A stretch of 64,000 nt of DNA from the human T2T-CHM13v2.0 reference genome, Homo sapiens. Below the pieces are notes generated by a model. It searched no databases and was not told where the DNA came from. It saw only the letters and a list, made by a program, of their open reading frames with translations. Numbering within the stretch: position 1 is the stretch's first letter; each line of letters starts with the position of its first letter. The stretch is taken from assembly GCF_009914755.1 (NCBI RefSeq), contig NC_060932.1, one strand, 5' to 3'. Positions 50,457-64,000 of the stretch are shown here, piece after piece. Position numbers and translations under genes: made by a program.

Positions 50457-51592
50457 ATAACTTTTAAAATTGCGGAACATCAGACTGAATATCATCAGAC
50501 ACATACACAAAACCACTCATCTCTAAAGTCATTTTCTATACCCTCTCAAAATTTGGCCAGTGAGTTTTGCCTCAGGGAATTTTCCAGTTCAACCCCATAC
50601 ACCAACATGGAATAAATGGAAACACTAGCCTTTTGGTTTTGCCCACAGTTCCAAAGTGCTATTACAGGTGGAATATCTGCTGCAGGAGGTCATTCTTGCT
50701 GCTGTGGGTGTGAGTAAAATGCTTAGTTCCTTCTAAAATCATAATTGCAATATGGACTTCTGCTTCACGCTGCATCCTAAGGCACAAATCAGGTAACCTA
50801 CATCTCCCAAATGATCAACAGAGCACTCCATCCTATTTTACCCTCAATGCTGAGAAATTACTCCTGGGCCCAGAAGTTGTCACATAGGTGGCTTGGGTTA
50901 CTTGGTGCTCAGGCAACAACTGCCACAGGCCCCAGCTTGATGAACACCATCAATTTCTTTAAATATGTTGATACTAAGATGGAGGCCTCTGCTCAGAGGA
51001 AGCAAGGACGTAAACGCTGGGACAGACTGCACTGAGGGTCACTACACTAACAGACCCAGATGACACGATGGAACGTGAATACTGAAGCTGACAATCTTCT
51101 GAAAAATCTCTTTTTCAAAACCCATACGCCTAATCGAGAAATCAGGGACAGGGAAACATTCGCATAATTACCCACCAACATGTTCTTCTTAACAGAAGTG
51201 AAGATTATTTTAAGAATATGAAAAGTGTTTCAAGACATCTGTTTTCAGGGATAGACCAGAGCAGCAGAAGTACTTTTCAGAGCTGGTTCATTTTAAAGTC
51301 TATCTCAAGAACAAGGGCAGCCTGCTTTCACAAGGTACCAAGACATGTTCTGGCAAAAACATTTTCACTTTAAGTTATATGCTGTCAAGTTCAACTATTT
51401 TATACATATCTGATCCTTTTCTGTCAGCAAAAAAGGTACAATTTTTTTAAAACTTGAAAATCAATAATTTCTGGGTAGGATGAAGGTAGAATTTTGGTTG
51501 TATTTTATACTTCAGAACACAGATGAAACCAAAAGGTCTGCAATTGTCTCTACATTCACATCTTTCAAAGGTCCTTTTCTCCTTTTCTCCTT

Positions 51593-51622
51593 TTACATGA
51601 ATTCATCTGAATCATTGCCATC
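51593..51622 (-). CDS. CCDC25: CCDC25 terminal exon, coding part: DGNDSDEFM*
   Basis: Acceptor tttcctacag|GAT GGC AAT GAT TCA GAT GAA TTC ATG TAA, phase 0, matching the known C-terminus. Confidence 0.97.
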   Translation of the reverse strand, partial: DGNDSDEFM

Positions 51623-52987
51623 CTGTAGGAAACACAAAAATGAGAACATAAAAGCCTTGAAAATAATTCAATATTTAAAATTTACAATTATCTTAATTAG
51701 CGAGCTGCCTTCTCATCTCAGTCACTGAGTTCAGAAAGTAAAATAACTAAATTGACTCATCACTTCTCCGCCTTAAGTTGTCAGTTTCCTGACATAGCTG
51801 AATTAACAGCTATATTTTGTGAGGTGTCATTACATGGCCTGATTACACAGCAGTAAGTGACCACTGATCTCTAAATAATGCAGTAAGTCCCACCTGACCT
51901 AGTATAGTGCAAAACAAATGTGACTGTAAGAAAACATGACAGATCCTTCAACAAATGTACCAAGCAAACACTGCCTCAATGTCCTCATGCCAACAATTCT
52001 GCCAATATGCAAACTGATTCTGGCCTAAGTTCCAGTAATTTGAGCCTCAACATTGTCACAGATTTGTGACTTCACAACATGGCTTTGATCTCTTCTTCTT
52101 TTTTAATAGGAAAGGCCATCAGGAAGTCAAACATAGGCTAGTTTACCAACTTAGTTGGTTTGCCACATTTTTTAATTTAAAAAACCTGCATAATGGTATA
52201 CAGCACAAAGGGACTGATTTTATTGTGTGGCTTACAAGCAAGTCCTGAAGGCCACACACAAAGGTAGAGCCCTGACTCCTTTTTGGACAACATTCACTAA
52301 GAGTGTGCATTCTGATTTGCTTGCCAATGTCACAATCTGAACACTACAGTTGTTTTATCTTTTTTCTCTTTCCCATTGCTTAACACCAGCATTGTTAGAG
52401 AAAGGGATCAGACTAAGGCTTATCTAAATGGCCCTTATTAAAGATGGTAGAGAAATACGATATGGGTAGAAAACATTGGTTCCTGTGAAGTCTGGTTTTA
52501 GCTCCAACTTCACTTAGTGGTTTTCTCTGTGGTTCTCTTCCATTAGCACGATGAACTGAAGCCAAGGTAAAAATGCCTTCGATAATTGTACAAAGAACAG
52601 ACTAATGATTGTGTTATATCCAGGCGCAAAGACTATGATTGCCCCAGAGTCTTAATCTGAAATAAAAGCAGTAGCAATGTTTGAAAGAGTCATTTAGTAT
52701 CTTCAAATGCCAGCTTTAGATCCCAAACACTGAGGATGAACAACTCAGTAAGACAGTCTGGGTTGTCATCAACGAAAGTAAGCCATTCCCTATAAAGGCT
52801 GTGAGTTAGATGTGCAGAGTCCCCACTTGTCTGGGGCTATGTTTTGGAATTACAGTAATTATTCTTCTTGATGAACCTGTATATGCTAAATTAAAACTTA
52901 AGTCCTATATTACATAAACACTTGCCTTTAACTTAAAAATCAACTGATCACGTTCTAAACTGGATCATAAAACATCTGTATCACTTA

Positions 52988-53259
52988 CACTTCTTCACTG
53001 CTGGTGGGAATGTAAACTAGTACAGCCACTATGGAAAACAGCAAGGAGATTTCTTAAAGAACTGAAGTAGAACTACCATTTGATCCAGCAATCCCACTAC
53101 TGGGTATCTACCCAGAGGAAAAGAAGTCATTATTCAAAAAAGATACTTGCACACACATGTTTACAGTGGCACAATTCACAATTGCAAAATTGTGGAACAA
53201 ACCCAAATGCCCATCAATCAACGAATGGATAAAGAAACTGTGGTGTGTGTATACACACA

Positions 53260-53293
<34 letters not shown>

Positions 53294-53664
53294 GGAATAC
53301 TATGCAGCTATAAAAAGGAATATATTAACAGCATTTGCAGTGACCTGGATGAGACTGGAGACTATTATTCTAAGTGAAGTAACTCAGGAATGGAAAACCA
53401 AACATTGTATGTTATCACTGATATGTGGGAGCTAAGCTATGAGGATGCAAAGGCGTAAGAATGATACGATGGACTTTGGGGACTTAGGGGGAAGAGTGGG
53501 AGGGGGGTGAGGGATAAAAGACTACAAATATGGTGCAGTGTTTACTGCTTGGGTGACGGATGCACCAAAATCTCACAAATTACCTCTAAAGAACTTACTC
53601 ATGTAGCCAAATACCATCTGTACCCCAATAACTTATGGAAACAAAACAAAACAAAACAAAACAC
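52988..53664 (+). mobile_element. L1PB 3' end with internal (CA)n
   Basis: gagctaagctatgaggatgcaaaggc; TSD aaacatctgtatc(a/c)ctta. Confidence 0.92.
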
Positions 53665-54813
53665 AAACATCTGTATCCCTTAACAGAAGACGGTTACAAG
53701 GAGAATTAGTCTATTCTTTTAAAGTATGGAGAAAAACTAGGAAAACATTTTCACTGAAAGAGAGAATAAAAACACCCAGTGCAAAACTTCCTTGGAATCT
53801 TGAACTTGATTCATACTTGGAGCTCAGGAACAGGGGTTGCAAGCAACAGAGGGAGAGTTAGGGTAGAAAGATTAGCAATCTTTTGGGCTACAAATTCAAT
53901 TTCCTAGTCTCGGGACTTTTAACATCTGTCACTGATCAGATGGTGTTTGTATATGTATGTATGTAGGTCGGTAGGTAGGTGTGTGTGTGTGTGTGTGTGT
54001 GTATTTGTTTATTTCTCAACTCTAGAATTATATACAAGCTTTAAAAATCCAAAATGATGAGAATAAAATGACTAAGGTCATGAAATAATATGGGGGCTAG
54101 ATTTCTGGTGGAAAGTGCCTCTAAAACACAGAAAACTTCAATAAGCAAAATAACCACAACAATGGCATCTGAGTTGTGGTATGTTGAAGACTACTGTTTA
54201 GTGTTAAACTGTTCCAATAGTTTCAAGAAATCTAAAATTAGCTTCCAGAAAGGATTAAACACATCTCATCTTTTCATAATGATATTCTGGAAAAACAGCA
54301 ACCAAAGACTATCTGGATAAGGTATGACTATTTACAAAGTAGGTCAAGGAAGACTTTCACATCGATGTGTCTTTGCTTCAATTCTAAGCAGCCCTGTGAA
54401 ATAATATGTGTCCATTTTACTGATGATGAATACTCCCTCAGAGAGGTTAAATGACTTTATTAGGATCTAACCCAACCACTGTGACAACGTTCCCTTGCCC
54501 AAGGGATGTTTAATCCCCCCCACCTCAATTAGCACATGACAGTTAAGTCTCTAAACTTCAAATTCAAAGCTCTATTTAATTTAATAATGCTATTCTGGAA
54601 TTTTTCAGGAATAAATTATAAAGAAACATCTCTGATTCATAAAGGAGCCTCGTACATTTAGTTCTTCATAGAGATGGGAATAAGAATGTTGTTCTTACAA
54701 ATTTTTAGAAGAATATGTAGATATAAACAAGATGTAAAATCCTATTACTTCTAATTCATGCACTAAATCTGAGGTTTGACTAGATGACTTGTAAGGGATC
54801 TTAAATTCTGTTA

Positions 54814-55122
54814 CAGTTGGCCCTTGATTTCTTTATCTGTGAATTCAACCAACCTCAGCTCAAAAATATTTAGAGGAAAAAAACAATTAAAAAAATACAA
54901 TAAAAATAATATAAATTAAAAAAATACAGTATAACAACTATTTACATAGCATTTACACTAATTAGGTATTATAAGTAATCTAGAGATAAAGTATATGGAA
55001 GGATGTGCATATGTTATATGCAAATACTACTCCATTTTACACAAGGGACTCAAGCATCCTAGGATTTTGGTAGCTTCGGGGAGTCCTGGAACCAATCCCC
55101 CATGAATACTGAAGGATGACTA
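54814..55122 (-). mobile_element. MER2/Tigger3-type TcMar MITE
   Basis: TA flanks; cctggaaccaatccccc and tattataagtaatctagag motifs. Confidence 0.85.
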
Positions 55123-55848
55123 TATTTTTAAACTATACTATAAAACATGCAAAATCCCAAATACATCCACCCAGTTTCCATTTTCTGCAGACTGCTCAAT
55201 AGCAGCTAAATTGTGCTATCTCTAGACACTTCAAGATAAATTTTGGGAAAGACAGCCCTCAAGGACAATAATTCTCTGACATAGTTCCAATCAAATAATT
55301 AGACGCAATGTTAAGAAGATCCTTTCAGTACTATGTCATAGGTCACCATCTGTTTCTATCCCAGGTCCTAAGGAACATGAAAACAAACAATTTTGTCACT
55401 TAGGCTTCACTGAGTCACATAAGATCTTAGGGTAAGTTATTTTAATTGAAGGTGATAATTTTGTTCTCATTCAATTATAATATGGACTCTACAGTCACAG
55501 TGATAAAGAACACTAATAAATAAAGGCACTTTTGCATGCCTGCAACCAGAAAAGAGGGGAAATAAAGAATAAAGTCCTGTAAATATAAAATGAATAGACC
55601 TGTACGCCACAGTAGACAAGCTCTGACAATCTCTTTCCCTGAGATGACCTACTTAACAACACAAATGAGAAAGTCCACAGGGAAGGAGGTGCAGTGCCTA
55701 AAAGAATCCAGCCTGAGTGGTGTCCTGGTTGCCAAATCATGGTTAGCTATTTGCAACATGTAAGGCAATAATGGCCAGTAACACAATTATTAAAAACCCT
55801 TAGTGAATTATTTCAAGGCAAACATTCATGCAAACCACTTGAACATAC

Positions 55849-55894
55849 CTGATTTGAAGACATATTTTCAACTTTCATTAGTGATGAATAGCTC
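55849..55894 (-). CDS. CCDC25: CCDC25 penultimate exon: (R)SYSSLMKVENMSSNQ
   Basis: Acceptor ccttctag|G and donor CAG|gtatgt. The 46 nt complete the split Arg codon (AG|G) and add 15 codons. Confidence 0.96.
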
Positions 55895-56775
55895 CTAGAA
55901 GGAAAAAACACACACACACATTTAAAATATGGTGATCCAGTCAACAAATATTTGATGAACATTTCCTGTGTATCCAGCACTGCTCAGGGGCTTTAGAAGA
56001 AACACAAGAGCTATTAGATATAATCTCTGCGCTCAAGGAGATTGCAACATTCAAAGGATGAATATTTATAAACAATAAAAAAGATGTGCACAGCACTTTA
56101 TAATTTACAAAGTGCTTTCTCCTACTTGTTTCATGTCACCACCTCCACAATAACTTGGTGAGACAGGTGGCATTATTCCTACTTTTCAGATGGGGAAATT
56201 CACCTACAGCCAAGATCTGATAAGATTCACAGCTGAGGTATACAGCTCAGATTGTAAACGCTACAGGAATTCAAAGGAGGAAACACATCAGTGTGGGCAG
56301 GAGCTGTCAGGGCACCCTTCACAGACAAGGCGGAACCCAAACCAAGCCAATCAAGTGGGCAGGATGAGTGAGGGGGCATTTCAGATCCAGAGAGTGGGAT
56401 GAGCAAAGAGACAGAGATGGTATCTTTAATGACTTGCTGAATATCCAGCTAACTCAGGTAGGTTCTCAAATAAAGTAGTGGGAAATCAGGCTGGATGTGG
56501 TGCCCAATTATGTTGTCTTGATTGCACGACTGAACACAATGTGTTCCGCAAGAAGCCATAATACACAACTGAGTAAAGCCATAATGAGGTTCAATGGGCA
56601 TTCATTAAATATCCATGTGCATAAGACCCTGTGCTAAGCCTGGGTAGAGGATCGGATGAGAAGAAAACAGAAAATGATGACTAACACAAAGCCTGGACCC
56701 ACAGAACTTACTGGGAGGGGAAATAAGACTTATTCATCAATAACTATGGTGAAAAGCACTATTAAAAAATACACG

Positions 56776-57205
<430 letters not shown>

Positions 57206-57888
57206 TTAAGCCCATTGTACAAAATAAGAAAGCAGAGTCAGGATGGTTAAGTAAGTTGTTCAAGGTCTTAGAGATAAGAAGATATGCCAGGTTTTGAACC
57301 CAGGTCAGACTCCTAAGCTTATACTCTTATCAGGCCACAGCTTATTGCGATACTCCAATTTGAGGGCATGAATCCCTGGAGTTAACAGCTGTAATGGTAA
57401 GAAGGAATACAGAGAAGAAACAACAATGACATCAAGGTTTGTAGCTTGGGCAATTTGAAAAAAATAGGAGAAATGGGAAAATGTTGCAAAGAAGATGTGC
57501 CTGGTTTGAGACATGCCGCATTTGAAGTCATAGTGAGATACCCAAGTAAATATGAACTGTAGAAACTGAAAACTGAAGACCAGTGGGAAGGAGAAATGTC
57601 ACAGTCAAAGATAATGAGTTGGGAGACACCCAGAGGGAGAGACCAGTAAGTCTTTCCCTCTGGAGAGACTTGTAAGCTTGTAAGAGTTAAGTGGTATCCA
57701 CAAGGAATTAAAACAAAACAAAAACAAACAAACAAAAAACAGACAAGATCAACAGGTTGCATGAGCAGGAGGAGAAAGACATGTTGATGAAACAAAAGTG
57801 GTGAGAACAGAGAATGTCAGTCCTGACTGCATCTGAAAATCACTTGTGAAGATTTAACTGGATCCATATGCCCAGTTGTGGGGATCTA

Positions 57889-59638
<1,750 letters not shown>

Positions 59639-60382
59639 ACAAAAAAGGAATCACCATACCAGGGAAGCTAATCTCAGTATATTCATGACGTATGACTAGT
59701 CACTCACTGCACAGACAAAGCACTCTGTCACCTCTAAGGGGAGGCAAGGATGCACGATTGCTTCCCTGAAGGACCTCACAGGTAACACGAAGAGGCACAG
59801 CACACACAGCATTATTTACAGTAGAAGGCAGTGGCAGTGTGTATAAGATAAACAAAAAAAGGTACAAAGAAGTTGGTTCTTCATGAGACTGTCATCCATT
59901 TAATTAGTTACTGGTCTCACCATTTCCTCTCCTACATGTTACTTCATTCATCCTGTAAGTCTATTCCCCAATATTCCACAAAACCTATAAAGGCTCTTTA
60001 TCACTTACAACATGAAATTCTGGACTAAACCTTTTAAGTCACTCTACAATGTACCTAATTTTTCATTCTTTCACTTGCCTATGTGTGACCTTGACTCTGG
60101 CCTTGCCAGTTTGTTCATTCCTTGCCTCAAAGGAAGCACGATAGACTATTGGCTTCAGGATTAGACTTGAGTTTGGATTCCTGCTTTGTCAGTTACAGGC
60201 TACAATCTTTCCACATTATCCTCCATGCTGAAGTAATCTTTGCATGAAAATCAAGTTCATGTCAATGTTCAAATTGATGATATATTTACTGACTTACCAT
60301 TTCACCTGGGTCTTGTACTTCTCTCATTCCAATTACCTGAGCTTTGGGTTCCAATTCTGATCTCCCAGTCTCTATCACAGCT

Positions 60383-60672
<290 letters not shown>

Positions 60673-60929
60673 CATCTCAACTTTTAAATATCCCTCTCTC
60701 AGGTAGTCATAGTCCTTACCCTTTGTTTTGACTGCCTCAACCTCTCATCTGTTATTCACCCATCCTCTTTATGACGTTTCCCTGACTATTGCTTATTTCT
60801 TCTGGTTTCGACATCTACATGGGTTGACTTAATTTTGATGTAATAAATGTTTGGTACAGTAACACAAAAAGCCAAATAAAAGAATGCAAAATTAAAACAG
60901 GTAATAGACACAGATTTCTATATCTTGGG

Positions 60930-61560
60930 TGGAAGATTCAAAGACAGAAATTAAAGTGAATGCTAGCACTGCAAAATGTATAAAAACACATTACAAAACA
61001 AGTCAGAAGCTTAGAGCCTATTGCTGGAATTTCACAGATGCTGCAGAACACAGCAAACGGCAGCTCTGGATGTGCCAAGCAAAGACTTGCAATGTCACCG
61101 CGTTCCATTCCCGGCACTGCAGCCTTGTGCCACGTTCTTCTGTCTTCTGCAGCATGTGACAGAAAGTTGTCTGTGTGGCACACGGTTAACGGAAATAAAC
61201 ATAGCAATTGTTTTTGGTTTTCTGAGATCCATGGAGATTATTAAAAAATACAAATGACCAGTGACAACTTAGAAAGTGGGACTGATTAAACTTTTGAAGG
61301 AAAAATCTTATTCAATAAGATTGAGTTTTCCCTTCAGTTAATAGGAGTATTTTATATGTTGATGACACTATGGAAAAAAGCCCAGAAGATACGAAACTGT
61401 GTTTTGGTGGACAAATTTTGTTTAAATGCTTGTAATTTTTGAAACTCATAAAAATCATACTAATGTCCTTAATTTTAGTAGCATGCAGCTTAATTTGAAT
61501 TATGACATCTATAAATTACTTGACTGATTTATATTGAATAAAAATTACTTTAAAATGGAA
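60930..61560 (+). mobile_element. Probable decayed hAT transposase 3' end
   Basis: Frameshifted peptides LW..., FPALQPCA and SSAACDRKLSVW resemble the hAT C-terminal dimerisation motif. AATAAA at 61537. Confidence 0.5.
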
Positions 61561-62500
61561 TAAATTGAACAAAGGGAAGAAGAGTATAGTAAGTAATATG
61601 TGTAGGTTTGAGAATCAGACTGAGACTAACTAGCCAAATGAGCTTATAACAAGTTTCTTGATTGCTTCTCAGGCTCAGTTTCCTCTTCTATAAGATGCAG
61701 ATAAAAATCTACTATGGCTATTGTTGGAATTAAATGACAGAATGCAGTAAAGCACTTTGCAATGCAGTGTTTGGCAGATGGAAAATGTTCAGAAGGGTTA
61801 GCTAGTCTTCCTTATTCAATGTTGTAAGTAAATTAGGTGATCTTATGTTCCTAATATATGTTCCATCATGTTCCTAAACAAAATTATGTTCGATCCGTAA
61901 AGGGCACTAAAAGGCATATTTTCAGTTTCCCCCCACTCCAAACTCAAAACAAAAAAGAATTAACTGCTCTAAATCCTGCATCACTCAGAATTTCACAAAT
62001 TTTACCTCACTGATGGAGTTAATACCGTTTCTTTCACTTCAAACACAAAGCAGACTCAGAATTCTAGGCCATACCAAATACTTAAACATATATGTTAGTT
62101 GGCCTCATATTAGCAGATTGTAACTCAGGGTAACATTTCTGAAGCTCTCCATTTGAACACTGTATTTTAAGTGAAGCCTATTTTAGCAGAACCCCAACCA
62201 GAAACACGTGCATGCGAATAATAAATAACAGTACGTGTTCATTATACCTACATTCTGACCCAACAATCTTTCTAAGAATCCAGGGCATTCCAAGGAAACT
62301 GGGTTAGGACATGCCTAAGCAACATGTTTCTGATTCTACACCATTTCCAAAGGCAATATATGTTATAAGTAACTCTTTTTTCTTTTTGGCATATGTATTG
62401 CAAATAAAAAAACATGGAAAAATCTAGGAGTTCTGTGATGAGAATTCGCAGGATTAATTTCCTTTAATTAGAACAACTAGGGGCTCTGCGGGTACAGCAC

Positions 62501-62906
62501 TGTATGGCAGAACATCCACATTCTAGTCTGTAGAACCTATAAATATGTTATCTTCTATGGCAAAGTAGACTTTGCAGATGTCATTAGTTAGGACCTTAAA
62601 ATGGAGAGATTATTGTGAATTATCTGGATTAACTCAATCTAATCACACTGTTCCTTAAAAGCAGAAAAGGCAGTGGTCAGACAGGGGGCTGTGACCATGG
62701 AAAGCTTGGAGAAGGAGCCACAAGCCAAGAAATGGGGGTGCCTCTCAAAGCTGAAAGGGAAGATTCTCCCCTAGTGCCTCCAGACACTTTGATTTTAGCC
62801 CAGTGAGAATCTTGCTGGACTTCTAATCTACAGACAATAAATGTGTGTTGTTTTAAGCTACTACATTTGTGGCAATTTGTTTCAATGGCAATAGAAAACT
62901 AACATA
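62501..62906 (+). mobile_element. MLT1D-like MaLR LTR
   Basis: atggcaaagtagactttgcagatg ... ggcaatagaaaactaacata. Confidence 0.85.
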
Positions 62907-63452
62907 ATCATTATTCTCATGGCCTTCTTCACTAGAATTTCAGGAGCCAAATTGTATTTGAACTATTTAGCTGTTTAAAAATGTAGTGCTTTGAAGCAGA
63001 CCTCACTACATTACTTTAAACTTTCAAAATGTAAAAAAGAGTTTTAAAAACAGCTTTGAGAGTTACTAGCATTGGTTTTTAGAGCCAACACAACTTTACT
63101 TAAATAGCACAGCTAGTCAATAGTAAATACCTCCCACAGCACCTTTTCCTTTCCAGAAGAACTTTACAAACCAAACCAAACTAGGGATAACCTATGAAGG
63201 TTTCTCTATGAATAAAATTAGTTATTTTATTTCATCCACTTTCATATCCTGCTGCCATAAACAAGCAATTCTTTTAACCAACACATTAATATAAATGCCT
63301 TTTTTTAAAAAACTGATTTAAGGTTGAGCTTAAGCTGAGCTTGTTACATGTCCCTCCTTCCACCAATATATCGTTCTTAATGGCTAATACATGATTAAAA
63401 TCATCAGGGAATAATCTTTGAGGTCAGTCTCAATGCCACAGCTCCGACATAC

Positions 63453-63655
63453 CTAAGTTCATCCATTTCCCTCTTCTTCTTCATTTCTTCTTTTTCTCTC
63501 TTTTTCATTTCCTGAATTTGGGCTTTTTTCTCATTCCTCTCTTCACGATCTCTGCATTCTTTCTCTGCTGCTAGGTCTGGGAACCGCTCGACTTTGGTCT
63601 TTTCTAATCGGTTCAGGATCTCATTTACTTTCTTCTCCACTGTCACAATTTTTAC
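63453..63655 (-). CDS. CCDC25: CCDC25 coding exon, coiled-coil region: [14 protein letters not shown]...KKKREMDEL(R)
   Basis: Acceptor taaag|GTA and donor AG|gtatgt. The 203 nt are 67 codons plus 2 nt. Overlaps ORF 63404..63646. Confidence 0.97.
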
Positions 63656-63870
63656 CTTTAAGGGAGATAGGAGAAAAGATATTGCATCTTTTTGTTTTTT
63701 TTCTCCCAGAAGAGGGATGAGGCTTTCCAGGGGTTTAGCAACCCAGTTTAATTCCCTTTAGAAAACATATATCATGCTCAGCCCTCAACAACAATGGTGT
63801 CAGACAGAAAAGATAGGATACTCCATTCAGTATCAGGGCTCCGCCTCCTTCAGTGGCACAAAACACTTAC

Positions 63871-63974
63871 ATCCTTCTGCCTGTGAAAGCCTATCTGCCC
63901 CACATCCATGTCAGCTGTTTTCTTCAGGTTAGACCACGGCGTATATACCACATTAACGTTGTTCATCTTGCAGC
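63871..63974 (-). CDS. CCDC25: CCDC25 internal coding exon (probably exon 6): (G)[34 protein letters not shown]
   Basis: Acceptor tggcag|GC at 63975-76 and donor GAT|gtaagt at 63870. The 104 nt are 2 nt plus 34 codons, and the peptide matches human CCDC25 as I recall it. Upstream exons lie outside the window. Confidence 0.97.
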
Positions 63975-64000
63975 CTGCCAAGAGAGACTGTCTTCAACAT

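Larger units (their letters stand above)
48682..51592 (-). other. CCDC25: CCDC25 3'UTR, long form (~2.9 kb; 3' end approximate)
   Basis: Unique sequence with no recognisable interspersed repeat, running from the stop codon to ~20 nt past the distal AATAAA. Confidence 0.85.

Noticed and set aside
60291-60300. Strong minus-strand donor ATG|GTAAGT in the CCDC25 intron
   Set aside because: No convincing polypyrimidine tract plus AG acceptor upstream, so no exon called.
63404-63452. C-terminus [15 protein letters not shown] of ORF 63404..63646
   Set aside because: Intronic read-through past the AG|gtatgt donor.

Overview
Human/primate genomic DNA. I recognise it from memory as chr8p21, between SCARA3 and CCDC25. 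The right end holds the last four coding exons of CCDC25 on the minus strand (63871-63974, 63453-63655, 55849-55894, 51593-51622). All splice sites are canonical, the phases join exactly, and a ~2.9 kb 3'UTR with two AATAAA signals follows. The bidirectional miRNA hairpin MIR3622A/B is at 17061-17155. The rest is repeat-dense: ~42 Alus including one AluYa5, old L1/L2/CR1 fragments, MER4/THE1/MST/MLT LTRs, DNA-transposon fossils and microsatellites. Almost all supplied ORFs are repeat artefacts, and I see no novel protein-coding system. The most unusual signal is a recurring set of locally templated insertions and fold-backs, where sequence copied from 0-4.5 kb away is patched into older repeats. 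One appears to have created the miR-3622 hairpin, and another is a ~390 bp capture inside an Alu's target-site duplication. Repeat boundaries, subfamily names and percent identities are by-eye estimates.
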